Assembly: GCA_964016885.1 (NCBI GenBank)
Contig: OZ024750.1
Coordinates: forward strand, 44,144,001-44,208,000
Direction: 5' to 3'
Source of the DNA: Eledone cirrhosa
Taxonomy: Eukaryota
Length of the DNA: 64,000 nucleotides
A program made the position numbers and the translations under genes. Positions within the stretch are counted from its first letter, which is position 1. Each line of letters begins with the position of its first letter. Below are positions 1-14,105 of this stretch, in pieces. The notes under the pieces are model-generated. The model had not been told where the DNA came from and made no database searches. It saw nothing but the letters and a program-made list of their open reading frames with translations.

Positions 1-9
1 TCATAGAAT

Positions 10-201
10 AATAATTGTTTCTACTTTAGGCAAAAGGTCATCAAATTACCCAGTTCATTACTGGTACTTTATTTTATCGACCCCGTAAGGATGAAAGGCA
101 AAGTCAACCTCGGCGGGATTTAAACTCAGATCGTAAAGGGACGTAACTATGCTGGAAAGCATGGCGTCCGACCCTCCACCGATACTGCCAATTCACCGCC
201 C
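10..201 (-). mobile_element. tRNA-derived SINE, family 1
   Basis: Minus strand has A box TGGCAGTATCGG, a B-box-like segment, central GCCTTTCATCCTTACGGGGTCGATAAAATAAAGTACCAG and tail TAGAAACAATTATT. TSD TCATAGAATAATAAT at 1-15 and 206-220. Confidence 0.9.
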
Positions 202-225
202 TTTATCATAGAATAATAATAATAA

Positions 226-421
226 CAATAATTGTTTCTACTTTTGGCACAAGGCCAGCAATTATTCCAGTGTATTACTGGTACTTTGTTTTATCGACCC
301 CGTAAGGATGAAAAACAAAGTTAATCTCGGCGGGATTTGAACTTACAATGTCAAGGGCTGTAACTCTTTGCTTGCAAAGCATGGCGTCCGACACTCTATC
401 GATACCGCCAATCCACCGCCC
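226..421 (-). mobile_element. tRNA-derived SINE, family 1
   Basis: Full-length copy of the same ~190-nt consensus, head GGGCGGTGGATTGG at 421. Confidence 0.9.
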
Positions 422-437
422 TAAAATGAAGGTCTTT

Positions 438-496
438 CGAGCTTGCCAGGAGTCGAACCTGGAATCTCCTGATCCGTAGTCAGGCGCGTTATCCAT
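438..496 (-). pseudogene. 5'-truncated tRNA-Arg(ACG) fragment
   Basis: Minus strand ATGGATAACGCGCCTGACTACGGATCAGGAGATTCCAGGTTCGACTCCTGGCAAGCTCG. Anticodon arm CTGA-CTACGGA-TCAG and T arm CCAGG-TTCGACT-CCTGG are present. First ~14 nt missing; no CCA; trailer ends in TTTT. Confidence 0.85.
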
Positions 497-516
497 AATG
501 ATAGTATCAATTGTAA

Positions 517-692
517 TAATTGTTTCTACTTTTAGCACAAGGCCAGCAATTACCCCAGTGTATTACTGGTACTTTATTTTATCGACCCTGTAAGGATGAA
601 AGGCAAAGTTAACCTCCGCGGGATTTGAACTCAGATCATAAAGGGCCGTAACTCTATGCTGAAATGCATGGCGTCCGACCCTCTACCGATAC
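517..692 (-). mobile_element. SINE family 1, slightly 5'-truncated
   Basis: Consensus match; 17-bp TSD CAATTGTAATAATTGTT at 508-524 and 696-712. Confidence 0.9.
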
Positions 693-889
693 AGACAATT
701 GTAATAATTGTTATCAGACATTATAAATCCTATTTCCACTGATATTTAAATGTTATTTGCTAGGAATTGGTTCATATTCATAGAGATCGATAACTTTTAA
801 TATTTACTGCGAATCTATAATATATTGATTGCTTTTGACAAAATAATATATCAAAGTTTGTGAAGAGAGTTATGAAGTATATAATGAAG

Positions 890-1440
890 GGGGTGGTGTG
901 GTGGTGGTGGTGGTGGTGGTGTGGTGGTGATGTGGTGGTGATGTGGTGGTGGTGGTGGTGGAGAGGTGGTGTGGTGGTGATGGGGTGGTGGTGGTGGTGG
1001 TGGTGGTGTAATGGTGGTGTGGTGGTGATGTGGTGGTGGTGGTGGTTGTGGTGGTGGTGGTGGTGGTGTAGAGATGGTGTAGTGGTGATGTGGTGGTGGT
1101 GGTGGTGGTAGTGGTGGTGATGTGGTGGTGGTGGTGGTGGTGGTGTAGATGTGGTGGTGATGTGGTGGTGGTGGTGGTGATGGTGTAGATGTGGTGCGGT
1201 GTTGGTGGTGGTGGTAGTGTGGTGGTGTGGGGTGGTGGTGTTTGAGGTGTGGTGGTGGTGTGGTGGTGTGGTGGTGGTGTGGTGGTGTGGTGGTGTGGTG
1301 GTGGTCGTGTGGTGGTGTAGTGATGGTGTGTTGGTGTGGTAATAATGTGGCGGTGATGTTGTGGTGATGTAGTGGTTAGGTGGTGGTGAGGCTGTTGTGA
1401 GGTGGCGGTAAGGTGTTGGTGAGGTGGTAGTACAGTGCTG
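890..1440. repeat. degenerate (GGT)n/(GTG)n microsatellite
   Basis: Direct inspection. Confidence 0.9.
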
Positions 1441-2072
1441 GTGCAGTGATGATCACGTAGTGGTATTTTGGGAAGTAGACGGGTGTGTTATGGGGGAGGT
1501 GCACTCAAATAAAATCTGATATATTTTACTATTATTTACTAAATCGATTTCATTGAAAATATGCAATATAAGAAGCAAATTCGATCTCCAGCAACATTTA
1601 AAAAATTGTACAATATGGCGTTGATCTTAAGATACTGTAAATTATCTATGTCTGTAGACGTCTGTTATTTCCAATCTGATTGATATCGATCTTTGTTGTC
1701 TGTTGTATGTCGTTCTCTTTTTCTCTCTCTCTCTCTCTTCCCCCTCTCTCACTCCCACGCCTCTCTCTTCCCCCTCTATATGTGCATCTCCCTCTTCTCT
1801 CCTTCCATTCTCTCCCACCCTTCTTTCTATTAATTTAAGAGTTTCAGAAAGATCATCTCTGATCAAGTAGATCTAAGATCAAAGACATTCCAGCCGTGAC
1901 CACCCTGCGTTTATTTTATATTTCAAGTAAACAGGGTCCACTCATTCAACGCATTCCTTCTATGATGTAATTATGTGATTTGAGAGATATTAAGCAGGTA
2001 TTTCTAGCATGTTGAGAGACCATATAAAGGCATTTTGCCTAAATAAAGAAACCTTATTATTGAAAAAAAAAA

Positions 2073-2260
2073 GCGGTGGATTGGCAGTATCGGTAGAGGG
2101 TCGGATGCCATGCTTTCCAGCATAGTTACGTCCCTTTACGATCTGAGTTCAAATCCCGCCGAGGTTGACTTTGCTTTTCATCCTACGGGGTCGATAAAAT
2201 AAAGTACCAGTAATGCACTGGGTAATTGCTGGCCTTGTGCCTAAAGTAGAAACAATTATT
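2073..2260 (+). mobile_element. SINE family 1
   Basis: A box TGGCAGTATCGG, B box GAGTTCAAATCC, central domain, tail AAACAATTATT. Confidence 0.92.
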
Positions 2261-2660
2261 TAAAAAAAACAAACTTTGTGAATGTTTGTGTGATCTCTCC
2301 GGTAGTAGATAAGGCTTCGACATCAAATTGCTGAGCAGAGTCTAACTTATTAAAGGCATAAAACTTCCAGTAACAACAGCTCATATATATATATATGGGT
2401 GGGTATTTCACAGTAAATGGTCGCAGTATCCAACAGTTGAATTTACAGCAGGTTTCTAACAGTTTTGTGAATATGATTTGATACAGCATACATCAACTAA
2501 TATAATTATTCTTATTTGAAGAAAGACTTTTTTCCCAGCAGAGAAAACATATAGTTAGAAAGAGTCAGGTGATAAACATAGAAACAAGCAAACAGAGACG
2601 GATAAACAGAGATGGTGAGAGAAACACAGAGATAACTGGATAAGGAGATAGATAGATATA

Positions 2661-3307
2661 TTTCTTTATTTGCCACAAGGGCGCACAAGAAAAGGGGACA
2701 ATACAAATACACATGACAGGGATTTTACATACAGTCGCGTAAAAATATTATTAAAACAAACAAATTTAACAATCGAAATCCCCAATAGGGGGGTGGCGTT
2801 ACAAATGGGTTGTTTTATACCTCGTGAATAGAACAACCCTCAACTTCAGGAGCATGTTGTGCAAGTACTCCCTTCTTCATTTTGCTCTCTTCTTCAACCT
2901 ACAAGTTTATATACAGAGAAGGCTCAATCACTCGGGCCATTTTTGCCACATTAACCCACCTTTCAGTAAATTTACTGGGGTGCAGTGCCCCTCTCTCCAC
3001 TCTGATTCTCCTTCTAAAGTGGTACCTAAAGAAGAGAATGAGTTGTTGTCCGGAGAGAAAGGCATCTGTCCTCAGTCCTCTCAACCTGGTCCACCATATA
3101 ACCTCTTTTACCATAGCCACTGTACAGAGGAAAACCAGCTCTCTTTCGTTTTTAAATGAAGGTGGCAGTTTGATCCTTACTATGGACTCGGCAGTCAATT
3201 GGATTTGTCCACACGCGACAGCAGTTGTTCTGCGTAGTTCCATAGGTCTGTTACGCCCGGGCAGCGTACAATTGCGTGCAGGACGGTTTCAATGTCCCGC
3301 TCGCATC
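2661..3307 (-). mobile_element. 3' fragment of Tx1/L1-clade non-LTR retrotransposon (ORF2 C-terminus + 3' UTR)
   Basis: Minus frames give CERDIETVLHAIVRCPGVTDLW (CCHC knuckle remnant), then after a frameshift FFRYHFRRRIRVERGALHPSKFTERW. 3' UTR ends AATAAAGAAA; TATC/GATA repeats flank both sides. Confidence 0.75.
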
Positions 3308-3335
3308 AATATATAGATAGATTCAAACACACATG

Positions 3336-3450
<115 letters not shown>

Positions 3451-3541
3451 ACATACATATATATATATATATAGAGAGAGAGATATAGAGAGAGAGAGAT
3501 AGATCGATAGATAGATGGATAGATAGATTCATATATAGATA

Positions 3542-3600
<59 letters not shown>

Positions 3601-3617
3601 ATGTATATATAGAGAGG

Positions 3618-3682
<65 letters not shown>

Positions 3683-3879
3683 AGTGTGGAATTTAGAATG
3701 ACTTTGTTTTTTGAGTGAAGATAGGTCATTAAGAATTTTCAGTGGTATTGGAGGGACATAAATATTAACTGGAGCCAACATATCTAGAGTGTTGTTCTGA
3801 AACTGACTGTGACCAGGTCGCAAATAGTGCTACGAAATAGTTTCCACCAATAAATATATGATAAGGGTAAAGAGAAATA

Positions 3880-4332
3880 GTGGTTTCTGGTTTAGGTAGA
3901 GTACTAACAATATTTGGGGGAGGGGAAATTTGATGAAATTGACATCACTGCATTATTAGGGCTTATTATATCGACGCCGTCGGGACGAAAGCCAAAGCTA
4001 ACCTCGGCGGAATTTGAACTCAGAACGTAAAGGGTCGTAACTCTATGCTGCAAAGCATGTTCTACGACGTTCTACCGTTACTGCTAATCCACCGCCCTGT
4101 AGTTTAGAAGTAATGATTTTTACTATAGGCGCAAGGCCTGCAATTTTGGGGGAGGGGAAAGTCGATTAAATTGACCCCAGTACATTACTAGTGCTTTATT
4201 TTATCAATCCCCGTAAGGATGACAGGCAAAGTTAACCTCGGTGGAATTTGAACTCAGAACTTAAAGGGCCGTAACTCTATGCTGCAAAGCATGGTGTCCG
4301 ACGTTCTACCGATACTGCTAATCCACTACCCT
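3880..4332 (-). mobile_element. two tandem SINE family 1 variants (longer 3' part with GGGGAGGGGAAA)
   Basis: Two diverged copies at ~3880-4098 and ~4113-4332, each followed by CCTGTAGTTTAGAA. Confidence 0.8.
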
Positions 4333-4734
4333 GTAGTTTAGAAATAATAAAATCACTCTTCCGCGGTAAAATTGCTTTAGTTTCAACACACGGACTCAAA
4401 TCAAGTCATTTGCCAGATAAAATCTGGCTAAAATGATTCTTCCACAATGAAATTGCTTTTGATGCAGCAAAGTTTCAGATCAAATCATCTGCCAGATAAG
4501 TATATCTGTGGCTAAAATAACTGTACCACAATGAAATTGCTTTCAATTCAGTACACAATCTCAGATCAAATCACTTGCCACAAAAATACAACTGCAACAT
4601 TTCCGTTCAGTTAGAAAAAGCGTTAGTATCGATATATGATTAGGTTTGAAAATGTGACAGTTTCCAATGAAACCACCAAAGTTTAGAACCTGTAATGCCG
4701 GAACAAACTTATCTAAATAACTGATACTATTTAT

Positions 4735-5110
4735 TGGTGGATTGGCAGTATCGGTAGAGGGTCGGACGCCATGCTTTCCAGCATAGTTACGTCCCTTTTC
4801 GATCTGAGTTCAAATCCCGCCGAGGATGACTTTGCCTTTCATCCTTACGGGGTCGATAAAATAAAGTACCAGTAATGCACTGGGTATTTGCTGGCCTTGT
4901 ACCTAAAGTAGAAACAACTATTTATTCAAAGTAGTATCGGTAAAGGGGCGGACGCCGTGATGTGACGCATGGAGTTACAGCCCTTTCCATTCTGAGTTCA
5001 AATCGCGCCGAGGTTAACTTTGCTTTTCATCCTTACTGGGTCGATGAAATAAAGTACCAGTAATGCACTGGGTAATTGATGGCCTTGTGCCAAACGTAGA
5101 AACAATTATT
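4735..5110 (+). mobile_element. two tandem SINE family 1 copies
   Basis: 4735-4922 and ~4930-5110, both with B box, central domain and tail. Confidence 0.88.
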
Positions 5111-5256
5111 TACTCAGATATTCAGCAAAACATCATTTTGTACAGATGTTTATAGCCAAGCACGCATACGATCTACCTACACATATCTACACAGAGAAAG
5201 AGTGAGAAAATGAGAGGAGGGGAGAGTTATGCACTCTCAAACACATATCTATCTAT

Positions 5257-6382
<1,126 letters not shown>

Positions 6383-6664
6383 AAGTTCAATATCTATACA
6401 TAGTTCAATATCTGAAGTGCAACCACGCTGCAAAAGGCAGATCAGTACATCAGTACATAACATAGTGGATAGTAAACAGCTTTAATTTGTCATATTGTTT
6501 ATATGTGCTTACATCTTAAACAATATACAAATATCGGTACACAAACCTGTACCACGAAAAACAAATAAGAATTGCTCCAGTCGTTGTTTAAATCACACAG
6601 AGTTTCACTCACACACATATATACTCTTGTCCAACAACACTAACATACTAGTGTATATATAAAT

Positions 6665-6740
<76 letters not shown>

Positions 6741-7104
6741 AAATACCACTTTGGAAGAAGAATCAGGATGGAGAGAGAGGTGCTGTACCCCAGCAAGTTT
6801 TATGAAAGGTGGGTGAAAGTGGCGAGAATGGCCCGAGTGAATGGGCCTTCTCTCTATATCAGCCTGTAGGTTGAGGAAAAAGGAGGAGGAGAGGAAAGGA
6901 GTACAAACTCTTCGTACTCCTGGAGATGAGGGTTGCACATTTGTTTCGGGGGTATGTGTTACCCATATGAACTGTCTCCCCCTATTGGGGAAAATCGACT
7001 AATTTTTAAATTGCATTTGTGATATTTTACACGTTTTTATTGTATGTAAACTTCCCCCTTTGTATTTGTCTCCTTCTTTTCTGCCCCTGTGGCTAATAAA
7101 GAAA
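6741..7104 (+). mobile_element. second 3' fragment of the Tx1/L1-clade element
   Basis: KYHFGRRIRMEREVLYPSKFYERWVKVARMARVNGPSLYISL* is homologous to the 2899-3243 frame. Same 3' UTR end; preceded by (TATC)n at 6667-6740. Confidence 0.8.
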
Positions 7105-7112
7105 CATATCTC

Positions 7113-7146
<34 letters not shown>

Positions 7147-7363
7147 ATATACGTACATACATATAGAATTTTTGATGGAAATACAGAGGTATATGTATAT
7201 ATTTCCTTGGGATTGAAAATCTAAGTTCACTGCGTATAACAGCACTCATTAATGTTATCATAACTAATTGGTTATATATATATATTCGGAACATTATGTA
7301 TCTAACCCGTTTGCTTTAATTTAAATGTAAGGATTTCCAGCTGTGTCTTATCCCCTGAGTTAA

Positions 7364-7394
<31 letters not shown>

Positions 7395-7936
7395 TGTATG
7401 TATGTATGTATGTATGTATGTATGTATGTATGCATGTTTGTATGCATGTTCGTATGTATGTATGTGTGTATGTTTGTATGTATGTATGCATGTTTGTATG
7501 TATGTATGCATGTATGTATGTATGCATGTATGTATGCATGTATATATGTATGTATATATGTATATATCTATGTATGCATGTTTGTATGTATGTATGTACT
7601 CATGTGTGTATGTATGTATCTATATCTGTATGTATATATGTATATATGTTTGTATGTATGTATGCATGTGTGTATGTATGTGTGTATGTGTGTATGTATG
7701 TATGTATGTATGTATGTATGTGTGTATATATGTATGTATGCATGTATGTATGTTTGTGTGTATGTGTGTATGCATGGATGTGTGTAGGTATGTATGTGTG
7801 TATATATATATACACATAGATGGATGTAGGGATGGACAGATGTGTGTATATAAATATGTATGCATCTATGTATATATGTATGAATTCATGTTTATATATA
7901 TGGAGGTATGTATGCATGTATGTATGTAAACATGTA

Positions 7937-7970
<34 letters not shown>

Positions 7971-7973
<3 letters not shown>

Positions 7974-8090
7974 GTCTTTCATATAATTGTTCTGCATCCT
8001 CCTGCATTGAACCACCTAGGTACTATGACATAACTTATGTATTTGCTAGCATTAGTGTACATCTATACGCATATGTTGGTAAATATACTA

Positions 8091-8095
<5 letters not shown>
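7971..8095 (+). mobile_element. TA-flanked tail fragment of hammerhead family D
   Basis: Begins TACGTCTTTCATAT and ends TGGTAAATATACTAATTCT, matching both ends seen at 14634-14740 and the end of the 25668-25795 copy. Confidence 0.55.
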
Positions 8096-8159
<64 letters not shown>

Positions 8160-8386
8160 TGTGTATATAAACATACATGGAGAAAGAGGGAGAGAGGAGA
8201 GGAGGAGAGAGATACATAGATATATGGCTAAATATATATCTCTTGATATATTCATGCAATGAACCACACATACATGCATACATATACATCCGTTGAGCAG
8301 TTTTCCAAATATAACAAGTTAAGCTATTTCATAATTTCATGTACATATATACTCTTAAAAAACGTTGCTAATGGTGCGCACAGACG

Positions 8387-8448
<62 letters not shown>

Positions 8449-8454
8449 ATAATA

Positions 8455-8643
8455 ATAATTGTTTCTACTTTTGGCACAAGGCCAGCAATTATCCAGTGCA
8501 TTACTGGTACTTTATTTTATCGACCCCGTAAGGATGAAAGGCAAAGTTAACCTCGGCGGGATTTGAACTCAGATCGTAAAGGGACGTAGCTATGCTGGAA
8601 AGCATGGCGTCCGACCCTCTACCGATACTGCCAATCCACCACC
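8455..8643 (-). mobile_element. SINE family 1
   Basis: Near-consensus copy. Confidence 0.92.
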
Positions 8644-8925
8644 ATATATATATAATAATTATTATTATTTCATTTATTAGCCACTAGGGCCGACATGTAT
8701 AATAATAATAATACTATTTATAGTTATGTATATAGTATAAACAACTATAAACAGGAAGGTCAGTAATTTCTTAATTACCTTATTATCAGTAAGAGAAATA
8801 GCACAATGTATGAACATCAGTTGTTTTACAGAGCAGTTAAATAAATAAATAAATATATATACTCATACACACATACTCACCCACATATACATACACACAC
8901 ACTGAAGTTAATCTACATATGAAAG

Positions 8926-9018
8926 CACATATCTGAGAAGCTTTCGATTCCTCAGTCAGGAACGAACATAATCGATTCTTCCTGGAGCTGATCGGCAGTG
9001 AAACATATGTAATATGTG
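8926..9018 (+). ncRNA. degenerate type I hammerhead ribozyme motif (Penelope-like, family F)
   Basis: Stem I CACATAT/ATATGTG, core CTGAGA (one nt short of CUGANGA), long imperfect stem II, GAAA, palindromic helix III A-CATATG-T, GUA site. Confidence 0.6.
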
Positions 9019-9116
9019 ATCAAATATATATATATGATGCAACAATGATTCTTTGTTTCCTAATTATATACATATATATATATACACACTCATATATATA
9101 CATATATATATATATT

Positions 9117-9806
<690 letters not shown>

Positions 9807-10244
9807 GTAGTAAGACACACAGTAAATCGAGTGTCTAATATTACGAGGGTTGAAGAACCACATTTGTTTGTAATATTTAATCATGAAGTCATGAAGCAGA
9901 CAGAATGATAAAATAAAATTAAATTATATTATACAAACCGCCTCAATAACAATTATATCTCTCGGGCAGATTAGGGATTAAAAGAAGCCTCATTTTTAAA
10001 GCCATGTCAGTAGAATGAACCCCTCATTCTTGCTCTTCTGTTGGCATGTAAACAAAATGAGGCTTTTTTGCATAATTGCAAATGAATCGAATCTTATTAT
10101 TAATATTCGAAAAGCTCAGATTACATTTATTGTATTCAGCCGTGTAGAGCGAATATATATATATGTGTGGGGGTGGGGCGTGTAGGTGTGTGTGTATGTG
10201 TGTGTGTGTGTGTGTGTGTATGTATATATATATATATATAAGGA

Positions 10245-11945
10245 GTAAAGAGCACCCTTCGGTTTCGAATGATCATGTGTTCTGCACCTAGAAAATTCCT
10301 CTCAGAAGCACAAGGCCTGGCAAGGTATGTTTGTGGAAGACCGCCAATCGCCCATGCATACCTCCTTCCATACCTCATTCCATACCTCCTTCCATACCTA
10401 CTTCCATACCTGCCTCCATACCTGCCTCCATACCTGCTTCCATACCTCCTTCCATACCTGCTTCCATACCTGCTTCCATACCTGCTTCCATACCTGCTTG
10501 CATACCTTCTTCCATACCTGCCTTCATACCTGCTTCCATACCTGCTTCCATACCTCCTTCCATACCTGCTTCCATACCTCCTTCCATACCTGCCTCCATA
10601 CCTGCCTCCACACCTGCTTGCATACCTTCTTCCATACCTGCTTCCATACCTGCTTCCATACCTGCTTGCATACCTTCTTCCATACCTGCTTCCATACCTG
10701 CCTCCATACCTGCCTCCATACCTTCTTCCATACCTGCCTCCATACCTGCCTCCATACCTTCTTCCATACCTGCCTCCATACCTTCTTCCATACCTGCCTC
10801 CATACCTGCTTCCATACCTTCTTCCATACCTGCTTCCATACCTGCCTCCATACCTGCCTCCATGCCTTCTTCCATACCTGCCTCCATACCTGCCTCCATA
10901 CCTGCTTCCATACCTGCCTCCATACCTGCCTCCATACCTGCCTCCATACTTGCCTCCATACCTGCCTCCATACCTTCTTCCATACCTGCCTCCATACCTG
11001 CCTCCATACCTGCTTCCATACCTTCCTCCATACCTGCCTCCATACCTGCTTCCATACCTTCTTCCATACCTGCTTCCATACCTGCCTCCATACCTGCCTC
11101 CATACCTGCCTCCATACTTGCCTCCATACCTGCCTCCATACCTTCTTCCATACCTGCCTCCATACCTGCCTCCATACCTGCTTCCATACCTTCCTCCATA
11201 CCTGCCTCCATACCTGCTTCCATACCTTCTTCCATACCTGCTTCCATACCTGCCTCCATACCTGCCTCCATACCTTCTTCCATACCTGCCTCCATACCTT
11301 CTTCCATACCTGCCTCCATACCTGCCTCCATACCTGCTTCCATACCTGCCTCCATACCTGCTTCCATACCTGCCTCCATACCTGCCTCCATACCTGCCTC
11401 CATACCTGCCTCCATACCTTCCTCCATACCTGCCTCCATACCTGCCTCCATACCTGCCTCCATACCTGCCTCCATACCTGCCTCCATACCTGCCTCCATA
11501 CCTGCCTCCATACCTGCCTCCATACCTGCTTCCATACCTGCCTCCATACCTGCCTCCATACCTTCTTCCATACCTGCCTCCATACCTGCCTCCATACCTG
11601 CTTCCATACCTGCCTCCATACCTGCCTCCATACCTGCCTCCATACCTGCCTCCATACCTGGCTCCATACCTGCCTCCATACCTGCCTCCATACCTGCCTC
11701 CATACCTGCCTCCATACCTGCTTCCATACCTGCCTCCATACCTGCCTCCATACCTGCCTCCATACCTGCCTCCATACCTGGCTCCATACCTGCCTCCATA
11801 CCTGCCTCCATACCTGCCTCCATACCTGCTTCCATACCTGCCTCCATACCTGCCTCCATACCTGCCTCCATACCTGCCTCCCCTCTACACGCCACCGATG
11901 TTGTCCAAGTGAAAGCCAAATGTCGACACAGCTTAGCACCAGTGA
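10245..11945 (+). mobile_element. RTE/BovB-like 5'-UTR-derived repeat split by a minisatellite
   Basis: Flanks join as GGAAGACC..TCGCCCATGCATACC[..]CTCCCCTCTACACGCCACCGATGTTGTCCAAG..GCACCAG, recalled as resembling the RTE-BovB 5' region. Confidence 0.5.
10357..11880. repeat. 12-bp minisatellite (CATACCTGCCTC)n, ~127 units
   Basis: Strict 12-nt period with C/T variants; source of the LPPY/IPAS/MEAG ORFs. Confidence 0.97.
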
Positions 11946-12073
11946 GGGGGGGGGATAGAGAAAGGATAGCAGAGATTGAAGATAACTTCAATTGCACATT
12001 TATCCAGTTCGATATTGTAGATTTCTATCCAACCATCTTTAAATGTTTCTTCTTGAAATGTCTACAACTTGGA

Positions 12074-12279
12074 CAAACACCCCCACCATAACCGAGAAAA
12101 ACACCCCACCATAACCGAGACAAACACCCCCACCATAACCGAGACAAACACCCCACCATAACCGAGACAAACACCCCACCATAAACGAGACAAACACCCC
12201 ACCGTAACCGAGACAAGCAGCCCACCATAACCGAGACAAACAGCCCACCATAACCGAGACAAACACCCACCATAACCGA
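12074..12279. repeat. 22-23-bp minisatellite (AAACACCCCACCATAACCGAGAC), ~9 units
   Basis: Direct inspection; lies inside the PLE RT fragment. Confidence 0.93.
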
Positions 12280-12296
12280 TATCCTTATACATCGTA

Positions 12297-12499
12297 TAAT
12301 TGTTTCTACTTTTGGCACAAGGTCAGCAATTATCCCAGTGTATTACTGGTTCTTTATTTTATCGAACCCGTAAGGATGAAACGCAAAGTTAACCTCGGCG
12401 GGATTTAACTTTGCCTTTCATCCTTACGGGCTCGATAAAATAAAGCACCAGTAATACACTGGGATGATTTCTAGCCTTGTACCAAAAGTAGAAACAATT
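12297..12499. mobile_element. head-to-head pair of 5'-truncated family 1 SINEs inside one TSD
   Basis: Minus copy 12297-12406, plus copy 12405-12499; TSD TTATACATCGTATAAT at 12285-12300 and 12498-12513. Confidence 0.88.
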
Positions 12500-13077
12500 A
12501 TACATCGTATAATGAATGTAATTAATTAGTATTTCATAATAATTCCTTCTGGGTTGAGAACTACAGGAAGTAGCTATATAACAATTTCTTGTGGGTTAAG
12601 AATCATGGGACCTAGCTATATAACATACCTCATGGGTTTAGAAAAACCTCAAAATCCTGATTCGATCTGGCTGCATCTTGAGCAAGTGTAACGAAAGTCC
12701 ATAGTGTAGACGAAAGCTAACAATTTTTGTATGTATAATACCTATTCTGCTTTACGCCATAATCTGGTTGGGAGAAGCAGTGACGTTTGTAATGCCACAG
12801 GAAGTTGTGACATATAAGGAGATCACCCAACTCAGTGCAACCGACGGACCTGCCGCTGGCAGTGCTTGGTTTGACTCGAGACCTTGGTAGAAATATCTTG
12901 CTCAACATGACAAGCTACGAGAGCAAACACCAAAGTACGGGATTACTTAACCACTCAGCTAGAGATGCACACTCTAACAAAAGAAAAAATAAATTTAAAT
13001 AATTTAAAAAACCATACAATGCATTAGAAAATTAAAGGTGACAAGAACGTGATAGAATCTTACCTTTGCAAATTTAA

Positions 13078-13278
13078 TGATTTCTACTATAAGCACAAGG
13101 CCAGCAATTTTGAGAGAGAGGAAATTCGATTAAATCGATCTCAGTACTTACTCGTTCTTTATTTTATTGATCCCGTAAGGATGAAAGGCGGAATTTGAAC
13201 TCAGGACGTAAATGGCCATAACTCTATGCTGCAAAGCATAGTGTCCGACGCCTTACCGATACTGCCAATCCACCACCA
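13078..13278 (-). mobile_element. SINE family 1 variant
   Basis: Diverged copy with internal deletion. Confidence 0.8.
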
Positions 13279-14105
13279 CAAAAGAAATAATACACTATTG
13301 CATTATAATGTATATTCAATTATGACCGCCAACGCAGTTTACTTAAAGAATTCGTAAAGAATCTATTGTTTTAAAGATGTTTCTATATATCTTCAGGGTA
13401 CTACGTAGATATTCGGTTGGGTAATCAAATGTAGCAATAATTAACTACATAATTATAAACATGTAATCAGTGTACAAATGAAACTCTTACTTTATCAGCT
13501 AACTAGCAGCATGAATCTCTTCCTTCTAATTAGTAATATTCAATACAAGATTCAGAGTCTCTCCGACAACTGATATTGACGAGAAATTTGTACGAACGGC
13601 GATGAATTTATTTTGCAAGGTTTTTTTCATATGAAATACTGTGTTGAAACAAATATTGTTATATTTGAGGATGGTCATGTTGTTATAATATTGCCAGAAA
13701 TATATAATAAAACACACTCACAATTTAGTTTGGGTTGGTTTAGTGTTGGTTTTCGCTTCAGTATATTTTATATTTCTATAATTAATTTAGTTGGAAATCA
13801 ATGTTTATCATTGATTGACCAACAGTTAGAAATATAGGTATAAATATAATTTCTCAGAGTTCTTTTGTCACACGACTGCGACACCAAGAACGATAGTTTA
13901 TTTACCTTTTTACTGGCTGCTGCTGCATAAAATGTAGCGATGCAAGGACCATCACTATAGAATTATTGAAATAAATAGTGATCGTCAGAAATGAGAAAGT
14001 GTGCGCACACCAGGAAAATTTGGCTGTTATCCGAACACAGTACTATACGACCATCATGTTGGCTTAAAGTGGGACGGACACATTAAATCCCTGAATAAAT
14101 ACATT

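Larger units (their letters stand above)
11975..12680 (+). mobile_element. Penelope-like element reverse transcriptase fragment, interrupted
   Basis: IEDNFNCTFIQFDIVDFYPTI matches the PLE RT FDIxxFYPSI motif; resumes after two insertions with FHNNSFWV. Confidence 0.7.

Noticed and set aside
10269-12091. Five long ORFs (471-586 aa; LPPY, HTCL, IPAS, MEAG, WRQV)
   Set aside because: A stop-free 12-bp minisatellite read in multiple frames; not genes.
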